The notes under the pieces were generated by a model. It was not told the origin of the DNA and made no database searches. It saw only the letters and a program-made list of their open reading frames with translations. DNA of 64,000 bases from an uncultured Acidobacteriaceae bacterium (GTDB lineage: Bacteria > Acidobacteriota > Terriglobia > Terriglobales > Acidobacteriaceae), in NCBI GenBank assembly GCA_963703645.1, contig CAVPFD010000020.1:17597-81596 (forward strand), read 5' to 3'. The position numbers and the translations under genes were made by a program. Shown piece after piece: positions 1 to 8,384 of this stretch (positions within the stretch are counted from its first letter, which is position 1; each line of letters opens with the position of its first letter).

Positions 1-2753
1 CCACGCCGATCGTGCAGCTTGGCTTGAGCAGCAAGACGCTGCCGGAGCAGCAACTGTTTGACCTGGGCCAGAACTTTCTGCGCACGCAACTGGCGACGGT
101 GCACGGCGCCGCCACGCCCTATCCCTACGGCGGCAAGATACGGCAGGTGCAGGTTGACCTGGACGTGCCGCGGCTGCAGGCCAACGGACTGTCGCCGGCC
201 GACATCGTCAACGCCATCAACTCCCAGAACCTGATTACGCCTTCGGGCTCGGCCAAGATCGGACCGCTGGAATACCAGGTCGAGATGAACAGCTCGCCGC
301 AGACGATCGCGGAGCTGAACGATCTGCCGGTCAAGACGGTGAACGGCTCGACCATCTATATGCGCGATGTCGCCCACGTCCGCGATGGCTTTGCACCGCA
401 AACCAACATCGTGCGCCAGGATGGCGTGCGCGGCACGCTGATGTCGATCTACAAGATCGGTAGCGCGTCCACGCTGGACATTGTGCAGGCGGTAAAAGAC
501 ATGTTACCGATCGCGGCGCAGTCGCTGCCCCGCGACATCACCATCAAGCCGCTGTTCGATCAGTCGCTGTTCGTGCGTGCTTCCATCAACGGCGTCATCC
601 GCGAGGCCCTGATCGCTGCCGCGCTGACCGCGACCATGATCCTGCTGTTCCTCGGCGACTGGCGGCCCACGATCGTCATCTCGATTTCGATCCCGCTCTC
701 GATCTTCGTGTCGGTGATTCTGCTGAGCGCTCTGGGCGAGACCATCAACATCATGACCCTGGGAGGTCTGGCCTTGGCAGTCGGCATCCTGGTGGACGAC
801 GCCACGGTCGAGATCGAGAACATCGAGCGCAACCTGGCGCAAGGCAAGGAGATGAAGCAGGCCATCCTGGATGGCGCGGCGCAGATTGCGGTGCCGGCGT
901 TTGTCTCCACGCTCTCTATCTGCATCGTGTTTGTGCCCATGTTCTTCCTGACGGGAGTGGCGCGCTATCTGTTTGTACCGCTGGCCGAAGCTGTGGTCTT
1001 CGCCATGCTGGCCTCGTACTTCCTGTCGCGCACCCTGATTCCCACGCTGGTGATGTACATCATGCGCGGACACGAGCATCGTGCAGCCGGTCCCAAGACC
1101 ATCTTCGGGCGCTATCAGCGCGGCTTCGAGCGCGGCTTCGACAATTTCCGCAACGGCTATTACCAGCTCCTGGAAACCACCCTCGAACATCGCAAGTTGT
1201 TTGCAGCCTGCTTTCTCGCCTTTTGCGTTCTCTCGATGGGACTGGTGTTCTTCCTGGGCGAGGACTTCTTCCCTTCGGTTGATGCTGGCCTGATGCGGCT
1301 TCACATGCGGGCCCGCGCCGGGCTGCGTGTCGAGGAAACCGCCCGTCTTACCGATAAAGTTGAGAAGTATTTGCGCCAGCAGATCCCCAAAGACGAGCTG
1401 GTGACCATCCTTGACAATATCGGCTTGCCTAATTCGGGCATCAATCTGTCCTACAGCAATTCCGGCGTGATCGGCAGCAGCGACGCCGAAATCCTGGTGG
1501 GGCTGAACCCAGAGCACCACCATCCCACAGCGGATACATCCGCACGCTGCGCGAGGAGCTACCGCGCCGCTTCCCCGGAGTGGAGTTCTTCTTCCAGCCG
1601 GCCGACATCGTCACCCAGATCCTGAACTTCGGTCTGCCGGCGCCCATCGACATCCAGGTCGTCGGCGCCGACATGCAGACCAACTACTTCATCGCCCAGC
1701 AGATCGCGAACCGCGTGCGACAGATCCCGGGGACGGCTGATGTCCACGTGCAGCAGATGCTGACCCTGCCCACGCTCGACCTCGCCATCGATCGCACCAA
1801 GGTCACACAAGTCGGCATGAACGCACGCGATGTGGCGCAGAACGTACTGGTGTCGCTAAGCGGCAGCTTCCAGACCGCGCCCAACTTCTGGCTGAATCCT
1901 AAGAACGGCGTCACCTACCAGGTCGCGGTACAGACACCCGCAGTACCACATGACCTCGCTGCAGGACCTGATGGGGATGCCGATCGACGATCCCAACACC
2001 CCGAATTGGCAGGTGCTAAGCAACCTGGCGCAGTTGACACCGACGGCAAAGCCTGCGGTGGTTTCTCACTACAACGTGCAGCCCGTGATTGACGTTTATG
2101 TCAGCACACAGGGGCGCGACCTGGGCGCCGTCGCCAAGGACACCTTCAAGGCCCTCAAACCATTTGAGGAGCACTTACCGCGCGGCACGCGCATTTTGGT
2201 TCGGGGCCAGGTCGAAACCATGCGGTCGTCGTTCCTCGGTCTTGCAATCGGGCTGGTCATGGCGATCATGCTCGTGTATTTCCTGATCGTCATAAACTTT
2301 CAGTCGTGGCTTGATCCGTTCATCATCATTACGGCCTTGCCAGGAGCGCTGGCGGGCATCTGCTGGATCCTGCTGCTGACCCACACCCGGCTGAGCGTGC
2401 CCTCGCTGACCGGAGCCGTCATGTGCATGGGCGTGGCCACCGCTAACTCGATCCTGATGATTTCTTTTGCCCGGGACCGCATGCGGGCCGGGATTCCGGC
2501 AGTGCAATCCGCACTAGAAGCCGGTTACACGCGTATTCGTCCGGTGATGATGACGGCGCTAGCCATGGTCATCGGCATGCTCCCCATGTCTCTGGGCCTT
2601 GGTGAGGGCGGGGAGCAGAATGCGCCGCTGGGACGGGCAGTCATCGGAGGACTGGTGTTCGCAACTGTGGCAACCCTGTTCTTTGTGCCAACCATCTTTG
2701 CCATGATTCACGGCCGCCGAGAAGCAAAACAAGCGGAGTTGAAACCGTCATAG
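1..2753 (+). pseudogene. RND efflux permease (AcrB/AcrD/AcrF type); 5' end outside window; frame broken twice
   Basis: ORFs 12..1625, 1580..2092 and 1950..2753 join into one RND permease. Junctions: ...LVGLNPEHH | GYIRTLREELPRRFPGVEFFFQPADIV (shift near 1525) and ...VTYQVAVQTP | QYHMTSLQDLMGMPIDD (shift near 1940). C-terminal TM bundle is intact. Confidence 0.85.
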
Positions 2754-2754
2754 A

Positions 2755-4020
2755 ATGTTACGAACCGAACAAGAAGCAACTTACATGGACTCGCATTCAC
2801 ATCCCGAAGTTCTGGATGACGAGCGTCAGGCACCGGAGATAACGCCGCCGCCCGAGCTTCCGCCAGCCCCACCACGCAAGGCGCTGCTGTTGGTCGGCCT
2901 TGCGGTTCTGCTGTTGGTTGTTGGCGGCATCATCGCCATGCTGATCCGCCTCCACGATAACCATGTGCTGGCGGACGAGACGGAGCGCGAATCCATTCCT
3001 ACGGTGGCTGTGGTTCATCCCACGGCGGAGAAGCCAGATGAAGAATTGATATTGCCGGGTTCGTTGCAGGCCTATGAGGAGTCGCCAATCTACGCGCGCA
3101 CCAATGGCTATCTGCTACGTTGGTACAAGGACATCGGCAGCCGCGTCACTAAGGGCGAACTGCTGGCTGACATTGACACGCCCGAGGTTGACCAGGAGTT
3201 GATGCAGGTTCGCGCTAACCGACAGCAGATCCTCGCGCAAATGGACCTGGCGAAGATCAATGCTGATCGTTATGTGGGCCTGCGCAAGACTGACTCGGTC
3301 TCGCAGCAGGAAGCCGATCAGCAAGCCAGCGGGTATCAGCAAGCCAGGGCCAACCTCGATGCGGCCGATGCGACGGTTCGACGCCTGGAGCAATTGGAAT
3401 CCTTCAAGCACGTCTACGCTCCCTTCTCGGGCGTATTGACCAAGCGCAACGTCGATCCCGGCGCCTTGATTAATTCCGGATCGACCGGCGGAGCTGCGGG
3501 CAAGGAATTGTTTGACATTGCGCGTGTTGACCCACTGCGCGTGTTCGTCAACGTCCCGCAGAACTACGCGCCGGCCATCAAGAACGGCATGGAAGCCTGG
3601 GTGACGTTGCCGGAGCTTCCCGGCGAGAAATTCAAAGGCACAGTGGCGCGCACGGCAGAGGCGATTGATCCAACCACGCGTACCCTAATGACGGAAGTAG
3701 ATGTGCCCAACAAAGACGGACGCCTGCTGCCCGGCTCCTTCGGCGAAGTGCATTTCCGCGTTGGAATCAACGCCGAGAAGGTCACGATTCCGGTCAACGC
3801 GATGCTGTTCCGGCAGGAAGGGCCGCGCGTGGCGGTTGTCGGCAGCGACGGCAAAGTCCACCTGCGCCCGATCACGATTGGCCATGACTACGGCACGACC
3901 CTGGAGATTTTGGGCGGCGTGGAACTCCAAGACCGCATTGTCATCAATCCTGCCGATTCTCTCGAGGAGGGCCAGCAGGTGAATGTCGCTCCCGAAAATC
4001 AGGGAGGCCAGAAGTCATGA
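2755..4020 (+). CDS. RND efflux periplasmic adaptor (membrane fusion protein, HlyD family)
   Basis: 421-aa ORF 2 nt after the permease stop. Has an N-terminal TM anchor, a coiled-coil region (QELMQVRANRQQILAQMDLAKINADRY) and beta-barrel motifs (YAPFSGVLTKRNVDPGA). Start may be the internal ATG at 2785. Confidence 0.85.
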   Translation: MLRTEQEATYMDSHSHPEVLDDERQAPEITPPPELPPAPPRKALLLVGLAVLLLVVGGIIAMLIRLHDNHVLADETERESIPTVAVVHPTAEKPDEELILPGSLQAYEESPIYARTNGYLLRWYKDIGSRVTKGELLADIDTPEVDQELMQVRANRQQILAQMDLAKINADRYVGLRKTDSVSQQEADQQASGYQQARANLDAADATVRRLEQLESFKHVYAPFSGVLTKRNVDPGALINSGSTGGAAGKELFDIARVDPLRVFVNVPQNYAPAIKNGMEAWVTLPELPGEKFKGTVARTAEAIDPTTRTLMTEVDVPNKDGRLLPGSFGEVHFRVGINAEKVTIPVNAMLFRQEGPRVAVVGSDGKVHLRPITIGHDYGTTLEILGGVELQDRIVINPADSLEEGQQVNVAPENQGGQKS

Positions 4021-5480
4021 GCCGGATGTCCGTGGCGACCGGCATTCTCGCCAGCGGTTTGCTGGCGGGATGTGTGGTGGGGCCGAACTATCATCGCCCG
4101 CCGGTGCAGGCGCCCACGGCGTACAAGACAGAAGGCCCCTGGCGCGTTGCTGCCCCCAAAGACTCGATCCCCAAAGGCGCCTGGTGGGAAATCTTCAACG
4201 ATGCCGAACTGAACAACTACGAACAGCAACTGCTCCAGGCCAATCAGTCGCTGGCCGCGGCGAAGGACCGCCTTAGCGAGGCCCGTTCGCTGGCCCGAGT
4301 CGCAACCGCTGGATACTTCCCGAACGTGAGTGCCGATCCCAGCGCCTCGCGAACCCGCTATTCAGGCCATCGTCCAGAAGTTGTTACTCTCGGCAATCCT
4401 CTCACCCAAAATACCTTTGAGATCCCGTTCTTGCTCAATTACGAGCCGGACCTCTTCGGCAAGGTGCGGCGCAGCGTCGAAGCTGCCAACGCCTCGCTGC
4501 AATCCACCGCAGCCGACCTGTACAACGTGAACCTGGTGCTCACGGCCGAGCTCGCCGCCGACTACTTCACCTTGCGCGAACTCGACGCGGAAACTCAGGT
4601 AGTGCAGGAGTCGGTCACGATCCAGCAAAAAGGACTGCAACTGGTGGAGGACCGCCACAACGGCGGAGTAGCCTCAGGGCTTGATCTGGCACAGCAGCAG
4701 ACTTTGCTCCATTCCACCGAGACGCAACTCTACCTCGTCCAGCAACAGCGCGCGCAGTTTGAACACGCCATCGCCGTGCTCACGGGAAATCCAGCTTCGA
4801 CCTTCAGTGTGCCCGCTCGTCCTCTGACTATCACTCCGCCGGCAGTGCCTCTTGGCGTGCCTTCTGATCTGCTGGAGCGGCGACCCGATGTCGCCACTGC
4901 CGAACGCCAGATGGCTTATGAAAATGCTCTCGTCGGAGTCGCCACCGCAGCCTTCTATCCGCAGCTCACAATCTTCGGCGGCGGCGGTATCCAAAGCACC
5001 AACATCACGAACCTCTTCTCAGCTCCGAGCGCCATCTGGTCGCTCGGCGGCGACTTGCTGCAGCCCATCTTCCAGGGCGGACGACTCCGCGCCAACCTGG
5101 CGGCAACCAAAGCCACCTACGACGAGTCCGTGGCCAACTATCGCGAAGCGGTGCTGACCGCGTTCCAGCAGGTGGAAGATGGACTTTCCGGCTTGAACGC
5201 GCTGTCGCAGGCGAGCACCACGCAGAACGCCGCTGTCGACGATGCGCGGCGCGCTCTGCAACTGGCCAACAATCGCTACGTCGGAGGAGTCACAAGCTAC
5301 CTCGATGTCATCACCGCGCAATCGGCGCTCCTGACCAACGAGCGACTGGCAACGCAACTCCTCGGCCAGCAGATGGTCACCTCGGTGTACCTCGTCAAAG
5401 CGCTGGGCGGAGGCTGGGACGCCGCGCTCATCCAGAACGAGCAAGTCCATCCCAAGGCAATTCAGATCGTCCAGCAGTAG
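4017..5480 (+). CDS. RND efflux outer-membrane factor lipoprotein (NodT/OprM family)
   Basis: 487-aa ORF overlapping the adaptor stop by 4 nt. Lipobox LLAGC, then the typical VGPNYHRP...WWEIFND motif and two coiled-coil repeats. Confidence 0.85.
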   Translation: MSRMSVATGILASGLLAGCVVGPNYHRPPVQAPTAYKTEGPWRVAAPKDSIPKGAWWEIFNDAELNNYEQQLLQANQSLAAAKDRLSEARSLARVATAGYFPNVSADPSASRTRYSGHRPEVVTLGNPLTQNTFEIPFLLNYEPDLFGKVRRSVEAANASLQSTAADLYNVNLVLTAELAADYFTLRELDAETQVVQESVTIQQKGLQLVEDRHNGGVASGLDLAQQQTLLHSTETQLYLVQQQRAQFEHAIAVLTGNPASTFSVPARPLTITPPAVPLGVPSDLLERRPDVATAERQMAYENALVGVATAAFYPQLTIFGGGGIQSTNITNLFSAPSAIWSLGGDLLQPIFQGGRLRANLAATKATYDESVANYREAVLTAFQQVEDGLSGLNALSQASTTQNAAVDDARRALQLANNRYVGGVTSYLDVITAQSALLTNERLATQLLGQQMVTSVYLVKALGGGWDAALIQNEQVHPKAIQIVQQ

Positions 5481-5486
5481 GAAGGC

Positions 5487-5513
5487 CGCTCTTCGCTCTT
5501 CGCTCTTCGCTCT
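5487..5513. repeat. Heptanucleotide microsatellite (CGCTCTT, about 4 units)
   Basis: Read directly: cgctcttcgctcttcgctcttcgctct, immediately after the OMF stop codon. Confidence 0.8.
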
Positions 5514-5618
5514 GTCATCCGGAGAGGACTTCCCGCGACCTTGTCATCCCGAGCGAGGAGCACGGCGACGAGTCGAGAGCCTGCCCTGAGCGCAGTCGAA
5601 GGGGATCTGCGGTTCAGC
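5513..5618 (+). repeat. Dispersed GC-rich repeat element (TGTCATCCCGAGCGA...GAGTCGAGAGCCTGCCCTGAGCGCAGTCGAAGGGGA), copy 1
   Basis: Long exact blocks are shared with the reverse complement of 12745..12848. The TGTCATCC(G/C)GAG head is duplicated internally. Confidence 0.7.
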
Positions 5619-5650
5619 ACTCGCAGAAACTGCGTCCGACGATGAGAGAC

Positions 5651-5914
5651 CCCCTCCCTCGCGCTCTTTCTTTAGAATCAGGCATTTGCACAGAATTTGG
5701 CCGCGAATAATAGAAAACAAGGGACTTATCGCATAATCTTGATTCCCAAGCACTTACGCTTTGCCCACGGTCGAGGCGATCCAATCTGTTATTGCTTGGG
5801 TGACCACCTCCCCATTGCGCTCATTCTTTAGAATCATGAGTTTGTGCAGCATTCTACCGTGAATAATAGAAAACAAACGACTTACAGCATAATCTTGATT
5901 CATAAGTACTTACT
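5651..5914 (+). repeat. Two direct copies (about 108 bp, 5651..5758 and 5808..5914) of an AT-rich element
   Basis: Both copies contain TCTTTAGAATCA..TTTG.GCAG..T....CCG.GAATAATAGAAAACAA..GACTTA..GCATAATCTTGATTC..AAG.ACTTAC. Roughly 80 percent identity by eye. Confidence 0.75.
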
Positions 5915-5945
5915 AGCTTTTGACCTCGCGAGGCCCCTTCCTGAC

Positions 5946-5981
5946 TGATAATCATGATAAGCATGCTTATCATGATTATCA
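5946..5981. promoter_or_regulatory. 36-bp perfect palindrome built from GATAAT/GATAAG hexamers (candidate operator)
   Basis: tgataatcatgataagcatgcttatcatgattatca pairs perfectly base by base (5946 with 5981 through 5963 with 5964). It is followed by a direct repeat of atgcttatcat (5963..5973 and 5981..5991). Confidence 0.45.
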
Positions 5982-6025
5982 TGCTTATCATCTATGGGTA
6001 TCGACTGGACTTAATGTCGGCTTCT

Positions 6026-6053
6026 ATCCACTATCCACTGCCCACCATCCACT
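6026..6053 (+). repeat. Iteron-like heptamer ATCCACT, 3 copies
   Basis: ATCCACT ATCCACT gcccacc ATCCACT, read directly, about 45 bp downstream of the palindrome. Confidence 0.6.
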
Positions 6054-6387
6054 GACCTGTCAAAGAGCTTTTCCTGGCCCGCACACTGGGTGCGGCCTGC
6101 GAAGACACAACGACCTCGTCCTCGCCATCCAGTGGTACCGCGCCGAGTCACTCACGAGCAAGTGCGGAGGTCACGTTTGCATGTGATGAGCCAACCGAGA
6201 AGACCCCAAAAGCAGAGGCGCCTCGGGTGGGGACACGCTCAAGACAGCCGGGCCAGCCGCCCAACTTCTTCAGAACTTTCTGTTCCGAAACAGAAAAAAG
6301 TCGATGCCCAATCCCTAATGGAACTCCTCGACGAAAAAATAGAAACCAACCGAATCGGGAGCCGTTGGCGTGGACTAGAATCGCAGT

Positions 6388-6543
6388 ATGCACGTCCAGG
6401 CGGATGCGGACGATACTTGGCTCGCCCAGGTGAGCGAGGCGCTCAATTCGATAAACATGCCCATGGGGACTTGGCAGCTCGTATGGCCATTTGATTCCCG
6501 GCGAGGGTTCGCTGCAGGGACCTTGCCAAACGGCTTCTCTTAG
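6388..6543 (+). CDS. Hypothetical small protein (51 aa), weak call
   Basis: ATG ORF below the track cutoff: MHVQADADDTWLAQVSEALNSINMPMGTWQLVWPFDSRRGFAAGTLPNGFS. It ends 13 nt before the next ATG. No clear Shine-Dalgarno sequence. Confidence 0.2.
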   Translation: MHVQADADDTWLAQVSEALNSINMPMGTWQLVWPFDSRRGFAAGTLPNGFS

Positions 6544-6556
6544 ACTGGATGACGAA

Positions 6557-6889
6557 ATGAGCACGAAACACTATCTTGCAACATATACCGTGATTGACGG
6601 GGAGCATGAGCACAATGGACATTTGCTGATTATTGCAAGCAGCGAGGGGGAGGCATGGTCATTTGCCCATACGCTCACACATGACTTCGGCCGCTGGGAT
6701 GATGAGATCGACGAGCAGCACCCCTGGTCGTATGGTGATGGCACCACGGCATCCATGCTAAGCGTGGTATGCGAGGTCGGCGAGGAGCAGTTCACATTCG
6801 CAAAAGAAGTCATGGGCTTGATGGTGTTTGCGGCTCAGCGTGGACACACAGGAGTGGAGATAAGCGGCAGGCTTCGGCCTGTTAGTTGA
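6557..6889 (+). CDS. Hypothetical acidic protein (110 aa from the ATG at 6557)
   Basis: Part of ORF 6491..6889 (MSTKHYLATYTVIDGEHEHNGHLL...). G+C is similar to the adjacent mcrBC. Convergent with mcrC and overlaps its 3' end by 8 nt. No family recognised. Confidence 0.4.
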   Translation: MSTKHYLATYTVIDGEHEHNGHLLIIASSEGEAWSFAHTLTHDFGRWDDEIDEQHPWSYGDGTTASMLSVVCEVGEEQFTFAKEVMGLMVFAAQRGHTGVEISGRLRPVS

Positions 6890-8384
6890 ATTGCCATGCC
6901 GCTGCAGAACGCATCTCCGTCAGAAGCGGTCCGCAGATCTTATCGACAGCAGTTGCCATCGGAATGGCGGTCAGCCAGAGCACCACACTGCGAGTACCTG
7001 CGTTTATCTCTGCTTTGTGAAGTACCCTGTTTCGACGGATCATTCTCTCCCAAGTATCAGGCGTGCAGGGATAGGCGAGGCACACGATAACTCGGGCGGT
7101 CCGCGCAAGGTTTGCATACGCAAGCACCTGCAATAGATCGCTTCGATGCTGTTCCCGTATCATTTCTTCGATCGACATCCAAGCGTTGCCTTCTAGCTCA
7201 TCCCAGTGGCGCTTGTATTTCGCATCGACGATGAGGGTTGTCGACCCCCAACTGAGCCAGATGTCAGGTACCAACGCTTTCTGCGATCCAAGGTATGGCG
7301 GTTCCCAATCAATTGGTTGAACGGTCTCCCTTCGCCTGCCAACCAGAACCTCCGCTCCAATGACCCTGGCCATGGAACGGAAGACGGTCTCGACCCAAGC
7401 CTCAAAGAATTTTTCCATTGGCATCCGCCAAGGAATCCCTTCCAAATCGCTGACACCTGCCAGACCGCGATCGTCGATCGTCCACTCGATTGCTTGCAGC
7501 CCCTCCCGAAAGTACTGAGTTCGCAGTGGCCTTTGCAGCCAGGAGGCCAGCGTGTTGGGCGACGGCAAGAATGGCGGATTATGCTGAACTCTGCGCAGAA
7601 GCTCGTTACAGAAAGCAATGAGCTGATGAACAAAACCGCCATGTTCTCGCTGCGACTCGAGGGCGCTCCGTTGTTTCTCAAGAGAGTAGCGAATTGCACC
7701 AACAAGCAGCCGATCATCCCGTAAGTCTGGGAAGGTGCAGGGTACGGGAAGAAATTGTCCCGTCGCCAGATTCCGAGTCGCGTACTGAGACCAGCGAACC
7801 GTCCCTCGGGGAGCTGACATGTTCTCGTTAACCAACTCGAAGCGTCTGCTCAAGGAGTCCAAAAGAGCTTTCAACCGTACGAGGACCATGCACGAAATCA
7901 CCCAAAGCGGGACTTTGCGTTCAGAGCGCTTTAGAAGGGGCAGCTTCAAAGGAGTAGGCGCTATCCGCCAACCCATTTCGGCCAGCATTGGGCCGATACC
8001 TGGCCATGGAAATCGTGGCTGGATTACCAGTCCGTAATCGAGCATTCCGCTAGTGGGAGAGAACAGCGGAATCGCGCCTACGACATTACCCGCCTCCAGT
8101 GTGACATAGACATCCCTGCCGTCGTACAAGCGAGTGAGCCGAACATCCATCAACGAAAACAAAGAGCGGTTCTGCGTTTCGAATTGTTCCAGCAACCTTG
8201 CAGCGGTAGAGGTTGGATCCTTAAAAGCATTCCGCAACCCGAAGAATTTTACTGCTGACTTCTGGAGGAAAGAGTTGTCGTGCAGTTCGAGACAGACTTC
8301 CCGTGCGAGCTGCGGAGGCAGCAATGGCGGCGGAAATCTCCGGTAGCTGCGGGCTTTACTGGGCCTCAGAGGCTTTGTAACCAT
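6882..8384 (-). CDS. mcrC: McrC-like nuclease subunit of a type IV (modification-dependent) restriction system
   Basis: 500-aa ORF overlapping the mcrB stop. C-terminal PD-(D/E)xK core: VPDIWL...TLIVDAKYKRHW...LLQVLAYANL, typical of McrC. Confidence 0.8.
   Translation of the reverse strand: MVTKPLRPSKARSYRRFPPPLLPPQLAREVCLELHDNSFLQKSAVKFFGLRNAFKDPTSTAARLLEQFETQNRSLFSLMDVRLTRLYDGRDVYVTLEAGNVVGAIPLFSPTSGMLDYGLVIQPRFPWPGIGPMLAEMGWRIAPTPLKLPLLKRSERKVPLWVISCMVLVRLKALLDSLSRRFELVNENMSAPRGTVRWSQYATRNLATGQFLPVPCTFPDLRDDRLLVGAIRYSLEKQRSALESQREHGGFVHQLIAFCNELLRRVQHNPPFLPSPNTLASWLQRPLRTQYFREGLQAIEWTIDDRGLAGVSDLEGIPWRMPMEKFFEAWVETVFRSMARVIGAEVLVGRRRETVQPIDWEPPYLGSQKALVPDIWLSWGSTTLIVDAKYKRHWDELEGNAWMSIEEMIREQHRSDLLQVLAYANLARTARVIVCLAYPCTPDTWERMIRRNRVLHKAEINAGTRSVVLWLTAIPMATAVDKICGPLLTEMRSAAAWQFN

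Noticed and set aside
504-1523. 339-aa ORF on the - strand inside the RND permease
   Set aside because: Antisense shadow ORF with an Arg/Asp/Gly/His-rich composition. The + strand encodes a well-conserved permease.
5920-6186. 88-aa + strand ORF covering the palindrome
   Set aside because: Its sequence (..HDKHAYHDYHAYH..) is simply the translation of the palindromic and direct-repeat DNA.
6090-6494. 134-aa ORF in the AT-rich orphan region
   Set aside because: The N-terminus is Arg/Pro-rich and low in complexity, with no Shine-Dalgarno sequence and no motifs. It overlaps a more protein-like small ORF in another frame. The region is treated as non-coding or uncertain.
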